Assembly (NCBI GenBank): GCA_030583805.1
Contig: CP129476.1
Location: 604,129-668,128 of the forward strand
DNA length: 64,000 nucleotides
Origin: Patescibacteria group bacterium
Lineage (GTDB): Bacteria > Patescibacteriota > Patescibacteriia > SG8-24 > DYFX01
Reading direction: 5' to 3'
Shown here piece by piece: positions 30,657 through 38,998 of this stretch; within the stretch, counting starts at the first letter, position 1; each line of letters starts with the position of its first letter. Position numbers and translations under genes: made by a program. The notes below the pieces were generated by a model that saw only the letters and a list, made by a program, of their open reading frames with translations, was not told where the DNA came from and ran no database searches.

Positions 30657-30685
30657 TTGTCAATCTTTCCGCCCTGTGTTACAGT
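30657..30685 (+). promoter_or_regulatory. sigma70-like promoter TTGTCA-N17-TACAGT for rpmB
   Basis: Hexamers and 17-nt spacing read directly, about 30 nt upstream of the rpmB ATG. Confidence 0.4.
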
Positions 30686-30714
30686 CCCGGCACACTAAAA
30701 AGAACCCGATCGCT

Positions 30715-30900
30715 ATGGCACGTCGCTGTGACGCCTGCGAGCGCGGCCCCCTCACCGGGAACACCCGCTCCCACTCCAAAATCGCGAGCAAGACCCGCCG
30801 CCTGGTAAACCTCCAGACGAAGACGATCTCCGGCGTGAAGATGAAAGTCTGCACCCGCTGCATCCGGACCCTGGCTCCGAAAGAAAAAACCGCCGCCTAA
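30715..30900 (+). CDS. rpmB: 50S ribosomal protein L28
   Basis: MARRCDACERGPLTGNTRSHSKIASKTRRLVNLQ...VCTRCIRTL, 61 aa. The track ORF starts at an upstream alternative codon. Confidence 0.85.
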   Translation: MARRCDACERGPLTGNTRSHSKIASKTRRLVNLQTKTISGVKMKVCTRCIRTLAPKEKTAA

Positions 30901-30920
30901 CGGGCGACGGTTTTTCTTTT
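30886..30920. terminator. bidirectional terminator ACCGCCGCC-taa-CGGGCGACGGT, A6 upstream and T-run downstream
   Basis: Serves rpmB on the plus strand and the methyltransferase on the minus strand. Confidence 0.5.
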
Positions 30921-30921
30921 G

Positions 30922-31509
30922 CTAGGCGGCCGGGCGTTTTGCGACCAGGTGGATGCGGTGCTGGAAAATCTCCTCGCCGCTCACGAGCGGCCACGGGCCT
31001 TTGTATTCGTTCATCGCGAGCACCTCCCAGCCGGACCAGAGCAGCTTGAACTCTTCGAGCATCCAGAAGCTCATGTCCTTGCGGTTGGCCCAAGCGTGCT
31101 CGAGGCCGTAGACGGAAAGCACGACCGCGCCGCCGGGCTTGAGCGCAACCTTGATGCGTTCAAGCAACGATTGGCATTCCTCTTTTTTCAAAAATGGCAG
31201 CGAGTTGATGGCGACGGCGAGCGTGTAGTAGCCGGGGCGCAGTTCGAACTCGCGGAAGTCGCCCTGGATCGCGTCGACCGTCAGGCCTTGGCAGCGCTCG
31301 GTCGTATAGGCGATGGCGGCTTGGCTCTTGTCGATGGCGTCGACCATCATCCCGTTCTTGGCGAGGTATTCCGCTTCGGCGCCGGAACCGCACCCGAGGT
31401 CGAGGGCGATCCCGCCGTGAATATCGAGACGCGGAAACCAGTCCGTCAAAAGGCGGGCGGCGGGGCGCTGCAGGATGCGCTGCTTCAAATCGGCGATGGG
31501 GTCGCTCAT
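30922..31509 (-). CDS. class I SAM-dependent methyltransferase
   Basis: Start MSDPIADLKQR (ATG 31509). LDLGCGSGAEAEYLAKNG motif I. The upstream track ORF extension runs through the tRNA and is rejected. Confidence 0.7.
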   Translation of the reverse strand: MSDPIADLKQRILQRPAARLLTDWFPRLDIHGGIALDLGCGSGAEAEYLAKNGMMVDAIDKSQAAIAYTTERCQGLTVDAIQGDFREFELRPGYYTLAVAINSLPFLKKEECQSLLERIKVALKPGGAVVLSVYGLEHAWANRKDMSFWMLEEFKLLWSGWEVLAMNEYKGPWPLVSGEEIFQHRIHLVAKRPAA

Positions 31510-31538
31510 GCAGGCAGTATAGCAAAACGGCAAGGGAA

Positions 31539-31567
31539 AAAGAAAAACGACCGTCTTGAACGGTCGT
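31539..31567 (-). terminator. hairpin AACGACCG-ttcaaga-CGGTCGTT with T-run on the minus strand, downstream of tRNA-Pro
   Basis: 8-bp stem read from the sequence. Confidence 0.45.
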
Positions 31568-31573
31568 TTTCCA

Positions 31574-31648
31574 TGGTCGGGCTGACAGGAATTGAACCTG
31601 CTGCCTTTCCCACCCCAAGGGAACGCGCTGCCGATGCGCCACAGCCCG
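31574..31648 (-). tRNA. tRNA-Pro, anticodon GGG, CCA encoded
   Basis: Reverse complement CGGGCUGUGGCGCAUCGGCAGCGCGUUCCCUUGGGGUGGGAAAGGCAGCAGGUUCAAUUCCUGUCAGCCCGACCA folds by hand as a cloverleaf. 7-bp acceptor stem, anticodon loop UUGGGGU, T-loop UUCAAUU. Confidence 0.85.
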
Positions 31649-31649
31649 G

Positions 31650-31990
31650 TCTTTGTCGGCACGGGGAACTCTAGATGTTTTTGAGTGATCCGGCAAGGGT
31701 CTTTGGAAACGCAAAGGCTCCGCGGCGGAAGGCATGATTTGGCGAGTGAAGTCATGTGGGCTCCCCGGCGGGTGCCGGGGCGGCATCGGAAGACGGGCTC
31801 TTGAGAATCCCTGACGGGCTGCCCAAGAGGCGTCTTCTTCCGCTCTTACCGCTGAAGCCGTCGGCCTAGTCGCCACAGCGACAGGTCTCTTCGGCCACTC
31901 TGCCAAATGATTGTCCCAAAACATGTTCTTCCGGGCACGGAGCCAACTCCAGTATACCGCCCGCCACATACCCTTTCAAGACAGAAAAGA
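31650..31990. ncRNA. about 340-nt noncoding, highly structured region between the ndk terminator and tRNA-Pro; candidate ncRNA with RNase P-like motif fragments, strand unresolved
   Basis: No ORF on either strand (frequent stops on plus; the minus track ORF is R-rich and crosses the tRNA). On the minus strand CUUC-AGCGGUAAGAGCG-GAAG, a 12-nt match to the conserved GGUAAGAGCG segment of bacterial RNase P RNA closed by a helix, sits mid-region. On the plus strand GAAGUC...GGGCUCC(n5)GGGUGCC resembles the P4/CR-I region. Many nested perfect GC stems. Confidence 0.3.
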
Positions 31991-32016
31991 ACCGGGAAAA
32001 ACCCGGCTCTTTTCGG
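31990..32016. terminator. bidirectional terminator CCGGG-aaaaa-CCCGG with flanking T-runs, downstream of ndk
   Basis: Read from the sequence. Confidence 0.5.
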
Positions 32017-32025
32017 AAATCGCGT

Positions 32026-32535
32026 CTACTTTTTGATCGTGAACTTGGTGTAGGACGGGTCGTGCGCGACGAGTTCTTCCGGTTTGAACCAGACGCCGAG
32101 CTCGACTTCCGCTTCTTCCGGCGAACCGGAAGCGTGGATGAGGTTGAAGACGCCGATCTGCTTGTCGTCGGCGTACTTGAACGAAACGTGCGCGTAGTCG
32201 CCGCGGATCGTGCCGGGTGCGGCGCTCTTCGGTTCGGTCGCGCCGATCATCTTGCGGACGACTTCGACCATCTCGATGCCTTCGAGCGCGATCGCGAGGA
32301 TCGGGCCGGAGGTGAGCATCTCGACCATCAGCTGGCGGACCTTTTCGCCGCGGCGCTGCGCGAGGTCGTCGGTGTAGTGCTTCATGGCCGTGTCCTTTTC
32401 GGAGACGAGCAGCTTCATGCCGACGAGCTTGGCGCCGACGCGCTCGAAGCGCGTGACGATTTCGCCGACGATGCCGCGGTCGAGCGCATCGGGCTTGAGG
32501 AGGACGAGGGAGCGTTGGATCATAATCGTATTCAA
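32026..32535 (-). CDS. ndk: nucleoside diphosphate kinase
   Basis: 169 aa, ...RSLVLLKPDALDRGIVGEI...NLIHASGSPEEAE. Confidence 0.9.
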   Translation of the reverse strand: MNTIMIQRSLVLLKPDALDRGIVGEIVTRFERVGAKLVGMKLLVSEKDTAMKHYTDDLAQRRGEKVRQLMVEMLTSGPILAIALEGIEMVEVVRKMIGATEPKSAAPGTIRGDYAHVSFKYADDKQIGVFNLIHASGSPEEAEVELGVWFKPEELVAHDPSYTKFTIKK

Positions 32536-32565
32536 ATTGATGCCGGCAGCATAACGGAGCGGCCT

Positions 32566-33468
32566 TCACTTTGCAAGATGCAGGCGTCCGCCCGCGCAGG
32601 CGTAGCGGATCGTTCCTTCGCGATCGGTGCGATGGATGGAAATGCCGCGTTCAAGCAGCGCCGAGAGGACGCGCGGCGTGGGGTGGCCGTAGCGGTTGCC
32701 CGCGCCGGAAGAAATGACGGCCTCCTTGGGACGCACGGCATCGAGAAAGGCTTCCGACGTGGAGTAGGCTGAACCGTGATGCGCCACCTTGAGAAGTTCG
32801 GCACGCAGGGCGGACGCATCATCGAGCAGCGCGGCTTCGACGTGCGCGGAAATGTCGCCCGTGAAAAGCGCGCGCGACGCGCCGCACGAAAACGTCCCGA
32901 CGATTCCGAAATCGTTGGTACCGCCGCCTTTGGCGCTCGAAGTCGCCGGCGGCACGATCCTTCCCCGCATCTCTTCGCGCGGCCAGAGCACTTGGAACGA
33001 CGTTCCGTCGGCGAGGTCGGCGCGCTCCCCCGCCTGCACGAAACGCTGCGCGATTCCCTTCGCTTCGACCGCCGCGACGAACCGTCGCGCCGTATCGGTT
33101 GTTGGTGCCGCGCCGTTCCACCAAATTTCTCCTATCTTATATTTCTGCAGGACGCCGAAGAGTCCGACGTAATGATCGGCGTCGAGGTGCGTCACAAGCA
33201 CGACGTCGATCGTGCGGTCCCAAAAGGGCATGGCGTCGGACAAGCCTTCGAGCACGTCGGCGCCCGGCCCGCCGTCGATCAGAACATCTTTTCCTTCCCT
33301 GTCGCGAATGAGCACCGCGTCGCCTTGGCCGACATCGAAAAACCAGAGCTGCGCCGAAGCCGTCACGGCCAGGCGGCGCTGCTCGATGATGCCCGCGAGC
33401 GAGAAGGCTCCGGCGAGCGCCAGGACGATGAGAAGGATGTGGTGGCGTTTCAGAAACGTTTTATTCAT
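32566..33468 (-). CDS. comEC: ComEC/Rec2 C-terminal part: TM anchor plus metallo-beta-lactamase domain
   Basis: MNKTFLKRHHILLIVLAL TM, then VLVTHLDADHYVGL and ...VAHHGS MBL motifs. Its ATG overlaps the stop of the upstream ComEC membrane ORF (ATGAATAA, 8-nt overlap). Confidence 0.7.
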   Translation of the reverse strand: MNKTFLKRHHILLIVLALAGAFSLAGIIEQRRLAVTASAQLWFFDVGQGDAVLIRDREGKDVLIDGGPGADVLEGLSDAMPFWDRTIDVVLVTHLDADHYVGLFGVLQKYKIGEIWWNGAAPTTDTARRFVAAVEAKGIAQRFVQAGERADLADGTSFQVLWPREEMRGRIVPPATSSAKGGGTNDFGIVGTFSCGASRALFTGDISAHVEAALLDDASALRAELLKVAHHGSAYSTSEAFLDAVRPKEAVISSGAGNRYGHPTPRVLSALLERGISIHRTDREGTIRYACAGGRLHLAK

Positions 33469-34501
33469 AGACAGCATAGCGGAGCGAGGCGCGGCGGCGC
33501 CAACGCCATAAGAGAAATATCGAGGCGAACTCGACAAGCACCAAGAGCGCGAAGGCGGTCAGACCCGAAACCGAAGCGGCGCGCCACGTGGCCATCTCGC
33601 GAATCAGCGCGAGAGGCAGCATGAACAAACCGCGCGAGACGAGCGCGAGCGCGAAAGCGAACGGTATTGAAATGAAGCTGACGAATACAAGCAGCGCTCC
33701 GCCCGCCATGAGCGTCGGAATGAAGGCGGCGACGGCGACGTTGGCCGGAAGGCTGACGAGCGAGTACGCGCCCGACATCCAGGCGATGAGCGGCGCCGTG
33801 GCGATCGAGGCCGCGAGCGTTTGGCTGATCCACTCGACGGGCGCCCGCGGCCAAGCGCGTGGGAACGAAGCTTCAAATGCCGGCGCGATCGTCGCAAGGC
33901 CGAACGCCGCCATGAACGAGAGTTGGAATCCCCGATCGGCCACGAGACTCCTCGGCGAAAAAAGTCCGATCAGCGTCGCTGCGAGCAAAAGCGCGCGCAA
34001 CGGTTTCACCGGGCGTCCAAGGTAGCGTCCGGCCTCGACAGCACCGATCATGACAGCCGCGCGGACGACCGATCCTGGCGCCCCGGTCAGCAACACGAAA
34101 GCGACGATCGATCCGGCGGCCAGAAGCAATCGCGCGCCGCGTCGAAACGGCAGGCGCAGCAAAAATGTTTGCGTCGCCATGATCACGAGCCCGACGTTAT
34201 ATCCGGAAACCGCCGTGAGATGACTCGTCCCCGTGCGACGAAACGCGTCTTTCCATTTTTGAGAGAAGCCATCATCTGCGCCAAGCAGAAGCCCCGCCAC
34301 CCACGCCGACACGGGCGGATCGAACACGTCGTCGATTTGGCGGACGATCATACTGCGCCAACGATCAAAAATCCCGTTCGTCTTTTGCGGACGCGGAAGA
34401 AACGCGCCGTAGATACACAAGAGCGCGAGCAGCACGCCAACGCACGCCTCGAAGACGAGCGAACGCTTCGGAAGATCGTTCTTGAACCCTTGAAAACGCA
34501 T
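33461..34501 (-). CDS. comEC: ComEC/Rec2 N-terminal competence (membrane channel) domain
   Basis: 346 aa polytopic, ...FRRTGTSHLTAVSGYNVGLV... characteristic of the competence domain. Confidence 0.7.
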   Translation of the reverse strand: MRFQGFKNDLPKRSLVFEACVGVLLALLCIYGAFLPRPQKTNGIFDRWRSMIVRQIDDVFDPPVSAWVAGLLLGADDGFSQKWKDAFRRTGTSHLTAVSGYNVGLVIMATQTFLLRLPFRRGARLLLAAGSIVAFVLLTGAPGSVVRAAVMIGAVEAGRYLGRPVKPLRALLLAATLIGLFSPRSLVADRGFQLSFMAAFGLATIAPAFEASFPRAWPRAPVEWISQTLAASIATAPLIAWMSGAYSLVSLPANVAVAAFIPTLMAGGALLVFVSFISIPFAFALALVSRGLFMLPLALIREMATWRAASVSGLTAFALLVLVEFASIFLLWRWRRRASLRYAVYE

Positions 34502-34544
34502 AACGCCGTCGTCCTAACGGAGACGGCGTTCTTGTGTCAACGGG

Positions 34545-37367
34545 TTAAACGGCAACGATGTTGACGAGGCGTTTCTTCACCACAATCACCTGCTTCACCG
34601 TCTTCCCTTCAAGCGCGGCTTTCACTTTTTCATTCTCCATCGCGAGGCGCTCGAGCTCTTTGTCGTCGGCGTCGACCGGGACGGTAATGCGATCTTTCAC
34701 TTTACCGGTGACCTGGAGCGCGATTTCGACTTCGCTGTCGACGGTGAGCGCGGCGTCGTAGGCCGGCCACGGGGCGAGGGCGATGAGCTCTTTCTGGCCG
34801 GACGCTTCCCAGAGCTCCTCGGTGATGTGCGGCGCGAAGGGCGAGAGGATTTTCAGGAAGGCTTCGTAGTCCGCGTTCGAAAGCTGGGCGCCTTCGTTTT
34901 CGTTCACGAAAATCATCATCGTGCTGATGGCGGTGTTGAACTTGAAGGCTTCAATGTCTTCCGTGACTTTCTTGATCGTCTTGTGGAGCAGCGAGCGGAG
35001 CTTGGCCGGAGTTTCGGCGGCGCCGGACTGCATCTTCCAAACGCGCTCGAGGAAACGGCGCTGGCCGATGATGCCGGAGGTGCTCCACGGTTTCACCTGC
35101 TCGAAGTCGCCCATGAACATTTCATAGAGACGGAAAGCGTCGGCGCCGTGCTCGGCGATGACGTCGTCGGGGTTCACCACGTTGCCGCGCGACTTGGACA
35201 TTTTTTCGCCGTCCTCACCGAGGATAAGGCCCTGGTTCTTGAGACGCGTGAAGGGTTCTTTGAATTTCACGAAACCGGCGTCGAAGAGCACCTTCGTGAA
35301 GAAGCGCGCGTAGAGAAGGTGCAGCACGGCGTGCTCGGCGCCGCCGACGTAGGTGTCGACGGGGCACCAGTAATCGACTTTGGCTTTGTCGGCGAAAGCG
35401 CTTTCGTTCTTCGGATCGCAGTAGCGCAGGAAGTACCACGAAGAATCCACGAACGTATCCATCGTGTCGGATTCGCGCTTCGCGGGCTTGCCGCATTTCG
35501 GGCACGCCACGTCGTGGAATTTTTTCGAGCGGGCGAGCGGCGACTCCCCCGTCGGGCGGAAGTCGACGTCGTCGGGCAGCGTGACGGGGAGCTGTTCCTC
35601 GGGCACCGGCTGTTCGCCGTGCTCGTCGCAATAGACGATCGGAATCGGCGCGCCCCAATAGCGCTGGCGGGAAACGAGCCAGTCGCGAAGATGATAATTC
35701 ACCTGCTTGCGGCCTTTCTTTTCGGCTTCGAGCGCAGCGGTGATTTTTTTCCTGGCGTCCGCCGAAGCGAGACCGTCGAAGGCGCCGGAACCCGTCAGGA
35801 TGCCGTCGTCGGTGTAGGGACGGTCGAACGCGAACTTCTGGAGCACGTAGGCGTGCAGCGGGTCGGACACTTTCGTGGCGGCGTCTTCGAACGACAGCCA
35901 CTCGACCGTGAACTTTCCTTCTTCGTTCGCTTCAAGCGCCGTCGATGCACGGCGATCGCTCTTCAAGCGGAAGTGGAGGCCGATCGCGTCGATGGCGCGG
36001 GCGACGTTTTTGGAGTGCGCGAAATAGTTGTGGTGGATCGTTTCGGACATGCCGACGAGTTCGAGATCGGCATACCCCGTCTCTTCGAGAATCTCGCGGC
36101 GCGCGCAGGCTTCCGGATCTTCGTTTTCGTCGCGTCCGCCGCCCACGAGCAAATGTCCGCCCATCGAAGAGCCCCAGTTGATGGAGAGCACTTTTTTGCT
36201 CGAAGGATCTTCAACAAGCGCCACGATGCTGCGGCGGTATTCCGGATTTTCCTGCGGCGTGCCGGTGACCGGCTCGACGACCGTCGTGATGCGAAGGCCG
36301 TACGTTTTCGCAAAGGCGTGATCGCGCTCGTCGTGCGCGGGGACGACCATGACGGCGCCTGTGCCGTATTGCGGCAGGACGTAGTCGGCGACATAGACGG
36401 GAACGTCTTCGCCCGTGAACGGATGCTTTGCGTAGGCGCCGGTGAAGACGCCCGTCTTGGCTTGGTCGGTGCCGGTGCGCTCGATTTCCGATTTGCGCTT
36501 GGTCGCTTCGATGTAGGCCGCGACCGCGCCGCGTTCCGCTTCCGCGGTCAGACGCTCGACGATCGGGTGTTCCGGAGCGACGACGACGGCTGAAACGCCG
36601 AAGAGCGTGTCGGGGCGCGTCGTGAAAACGGTCAGGTCGAATTCTCCCCCGTCCGGCGTGTGGCCGCGGAAGTCGATCTCGGCGCCTTCGCTGCGCCCGA
36701 TCCAGTTGCGCTGCATCGCCTTGATCTTCTCCGGCCATTCGAGGCTGTCGAGATCTTCAAGCAAGCGGTCGGCGAAGTCGGTGATCTTGAAGAACCACTG
36801 CGAAAGATTTTTCTGGACGACCGGGTTCTTGCAGCGTTCGCACTTTCCGTCGACAACCTGCTCGTTGGCCAGCACGGTGTGATCGAATTCGCACCAATTG
36901 ACCGGCGCCTGTTTCTTGTAGGCCAAACCGTTCTTATAGAGGAGCAGGAACATCCACTGCGTCCACTTGTAATAGGAAGGCAGGCTCGTGTTGATTTCGC
37001 GTTCCCAGTCGTACGAAAAACCGATCAGCTTGAGCTGGCGGATGTAATTGGCGACGCTTTGCTGCGTGATGTCGTGCGGATGGCCGCCGATCTTGATGGC
37101 GTAGTTTTCGGCGGGCAGGCCGAAGGCGTCCCAGCCCATCGGATGCAGCACGCACTTGCCGTCCATGCGGCGCTTGCGCGAAAGGATGTCGGTCGCGATG
37201 TAGCCGATCGGGTGCCCCACATGGAGACCGTTCGAGGACGGATACGGGAACATGTCGAGGATGTAGCACTTCTCTTTGGAAGCGTCCTCCTTTGCCGCAA
37301 ACACGCGCTCAGCATCCCAGCGCGCTTGCCACTTCTTTTCGAGTTCCCGGGGTTCGTATTTCGGCAT
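34545..37367 (-). CDS. leuS: leucyl-tRNA synthetase carrying an inserted Nudix-box domain (about residues 368-519)
   Basis: 940 aa. HVGH and KMSKS (GEKMSKSRGN), CP1 editing domain (TRPDT...AVMVVPAHDERDHAFAKTYGL). Between editing-domain end and VNYHLRDWLVSRQRYWGAPIP lies about 150 aa containing GGGRDENEDPEACARREILEETGY, a match to the Nudix box G-x5-E-x7-REUxEExGU. Confidence 0.9.
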   Translation of the reverse strand: MPKYEPRELEKKWQARWDAERVFAAKEDASKEKCYILDMFPYPSSNGLHVGHPIGYIATDILSRKRRMDGKCVLHPMGWDAFGLPAENYAIKIGGHPHDITQQSVANYIRQLKLIGFSYDWEREINTSLPSYYKWTQWMFLLLYKNGLAYKKQAPVNWCEFDHTVLANEQVVDGKCERCKNPVVQKNLSQWFFKITDFADRLLEDLDSLEWPEKIKAMQRNWIGRSEGAEIDFRGHTPDGGEFDLTVFTTRPDTLFGVSAVVVAPEHPIVERLTAEAERGAVAAYIEATKRKSEIERTGTDQAKTGVFTGAYAKHPFTGEDVPVYVADYVLPQYGTGAVMVVPAHDERDHAFAKTYGLRITTVVEPVTGTPQENPEYRRSIVALVEDPSSKKVLSINWGSSMGGHLLVGGGRDENEDPEACARREILEETGYADLELVGMSETIHHNYFAHSKNVARAIDAIGLHFRLKSDRRASTALEANEEGKFTVEWLSFEDAATKVSDPLHAYVLQKFAFDRPYTDDGILTGSGAFDGLASADARKKITAALEAEKKGRKQVNYHLRDWLVSRQRYWGAPIPIVYCDEHGEQPVPEEQLPVTLPDDVDFRPTGESPLARSKKFHDVACPKCGKPAKRESDTMDTFVDSSWYFLRYCDPKNESAFADKAKVDYWCPVDTYVGGAEHAVLHLLYARFFTKVLFDAGFVKFKEPFTRLKNQGLILGEDGEKMSKSRGNVVNPDDVIAEHGADAFRLYEMFMGDFEQVKPWSTSGIIGQRRFLERVWKMQSGAAETPAKLRSLLHKTIKKVTEDIEAFKFNTAISTMMIFVNENEGAQLSNADYEAFLKILSPFAPHITEELWEASGQKELIALAPWPAYDAALTVDSEVEIALQVTGKVKDRITVPVDADDKELERLAMENEKVKAALEGKTVKQVIVVKKRLVNIVAV
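35811..36266 (-). other. Nudix-hydrolase-like domain embedded in leuS (box at 36072-36143)
   Basis: Segment RRSIVALVEDPSSKKVLSINWGSSMGGHLLVGGGRDENEDPEACARREILEETGYADLELVGM... replaces the about 55-aa linker found at this position in E. coli LeuRS. Confidence 0.6.
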
Positions 37368-37411
37368 AGCAAAACGACGTTAGCACGGACGCGAACGTCC
37401 GGCAACGCCGG

Positions 37412-37837
37412 TTATTCCATCAACTTATTGTAGGCGTAGCGGCCGAGTTCCACGACGACGCCCAGGCCGAAACAGGTGACGTAGAGCTGCATGAACGCGA
37501 CAAACGGCAGGAGGTTCATGACGCGGCCGAATTTGGCGAGCACGAGGAACAGGTAGGCGGCCTCGGCCAGGAAAAACCCGACCAGACCGAACCAAAACAG
37601 GAGACGCAACTGCAGGCGCCCGGCGACGAACGGCAAGAAGGCAGCGGTGAAGAAGCACGTGTAGACGAGCGATGATTGCGTGAGGAGCAATCCCCAATCG
37701 AGATCCGGCTGCCAGCGGTATGCCAAGGCCAACCACAAGCCGAGCTTGGCGATCGCGAGCGTCAGGCCGTATTTCCACCAAACGCCTTCAAGAAATTTCG
37801 CTTCGAGCACGAGCACCATATAACGGCAGTATACCAT
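37412..37837 (-). CDS. polytopic membrane hypothetical protein
   Basis: 4-5 predicted TM helices (LGLWLALAYRW, VYTCFFTAAFLPFVAG, LLFWFGLVGFFLAEAAYLFLVL). Start ambiguous between 37819 and 37906. Confidence 0.4.
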   Translation of the reverse strand: MVYCRYMVLVLEAKFLEGVWWKYGLTLAIAKLGLWLALAYRWQPDLDWGLLLTQSSLVYTCFFTAAFLPFVAGRLQLRLLFWFGLVGFFLAEAAYLFLVLAKFGRVMNLLPFVAFMQLYVTCFGLGVVVELGRYAYNKLME

Positions 37838-37923
37838 AGGATTGACGCGTGAAGTCTCCCATGTAATGCTGGGCGTAGTCCTGTACCAACAGACCAGATA
37901 TCCCAAAACCGGGGGGTTCAGCC

Positions 37924-38964
37924 ATGCGCACGTTGTTGTCCGTTGTTTTCGTCGCGCTTAGCTTGATGCTCTGTGCTCGAACCGTCCGCGCTGACACGTT
38001 CCACCTGCCTTGCGACCCGACTGCGGCCATCTCGGTCGGCGGCGGCTTCTTCAAGGGCAAGACCACGGCGGACGGCGTCGGTGATATCACGTTCGACCGC
38101 TGGATGATCGGTATGCCCCGCCTCGAGCTCACGTTGCTCGAGAACTGCGGTCGCGACAGCGAGGATCACCCCACGGTGACGCGCTGGTGGCTCGGCCGGC
38201 TGAACGTCTTCGGTTCCATCATCCCGGAGCAGAACTCGCTCACGCTGCGCAACACGCCGAAGACGATCGTCGTCACCGACGAGAACGGGGAGCCGCTTCT
38301 GGATACGCTCGGCAACCCGGTTACCACGACCGAGAACACGCTGGTGGAGGCCGGCCTCAACGGAGGCACGTCGTACTCGTACACGCTCGGCGCGCGCGCT
38401 TCGCTGCTCGATGCGACGCACTTCCACGTCGAAAGCTACGTCGAGTACACCTCGACGTTCGGCTGGAACGGAAGCGACGCCGGCACGGTGATCGCTCACG
38501 TGAACGGCAACGACATCGACGTCTCTCCTTGGATCGACGAGTTCGCCGACGTCATGTACCGCTACAAGATGTTGTCCTACGGCGTGACGATCGGCGTGCC
38601 GCTTCGGCGCAACACGCTCCCGAACTGGCGCTTCACGCCGTTCGCCACGGCCGGACGGACGCACTTCAGTGCCGACGTCGAGGCGCGCGTCGATCGCACC
38701 CTGCTCACGACGCTCGAAGCGTTCGGCGTCGAGCCGGAGACGATCACGCGTCGCCGGAGCGTCACCAAGAAGTCCTGGTCGGGATTGGGAGGCGTGCGCG
38801 CGGACATCCGCCGCAACTTCTCGATCGAAGGTTCGTTCTCCTACGGAGAAACGGAAAAGACCACGATCAAGGTCTTCATGATCATGACCACGGTACGCTT
38901 CGACATCGGGAACCTCTGGGAGATGAGCAGGCACCCGATCGCCGTCGACAACTATCCCTTCTGA
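37924..38964 (+). CDS. secreted beta-rich protein, possibly outer-membrane beta-barrel-like
   Basis: Signal peptide MRTLLSVVFVALSLMLCARTVRA. Alternating hydrophobic/polar beta-strand pattern rich in T/S/G/Y. C-terminal ...VDNYPF with terminal aromatic Phe. Confidence 0.55.
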   Translation: MRTLLSVVFVALSLMLCARTVRADTFHLPCDPTAAISVGGGFFKGKTTADGVGDITFDRWMIGMPRLELTLLENCGRDSEDHPTVTRWWLGRLNVFGSIIPEQNSLTLRNTPKTIVVTDENGEPLLDTLGNPVTTTENTLVEAGLNGGTSYSYTLGARASLLDATHFHVESYVEYTSTFGWNGSDAGTVIAHVNGNDIDVSPWIDEFADVMYRYKMLSYGVTIGVPLRRNTLPNWRFTPFATAGRTHFSADVEARVDRTLLTTLEAFGVEPETITRRRSVTKKSWSGLGGVRADIRRNFSIEGSFSYGETEKTTIKVFMIMTTVRFDIGNLWEMSRHPIAVDNYPF

Positions 38965-38973
38965 CCGTACGCC

Positions 38974-38998
38974 CGTCGCGCAGCGACGGCGTTTTTTT
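38974..38998 (+). terminator. rho-independent terminator CCGTCGC-gca-GCGACGG followed by T7
   Basis: Immediately after the 38964 stop. Confidence 0.55.

Noticed and set aside
31160-31969. 269-aa minus-strand ORF and the N-terminal extension of the methyltransferase ORF (up to 31755)
   Set aside because: Both read straight through the hand-folded tRNA-Pro gene and terminator hairpins. Composition is R/P-rich. The methyltransferase domain begins at MSDPIADLK (31509).
31574-31990. Possibility that tRNA-Pro plus the upstream structured region form a tmRNA
   Set aside because: The tRNA-like part has a complete anticodon arm with GGG anticodon and D-arm, which tmRNA lacks. No tag-peptide reading frame ending in ...AA-stop was found. 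The canonical tmRNA 5' GGGG...3' pairing was not seen.
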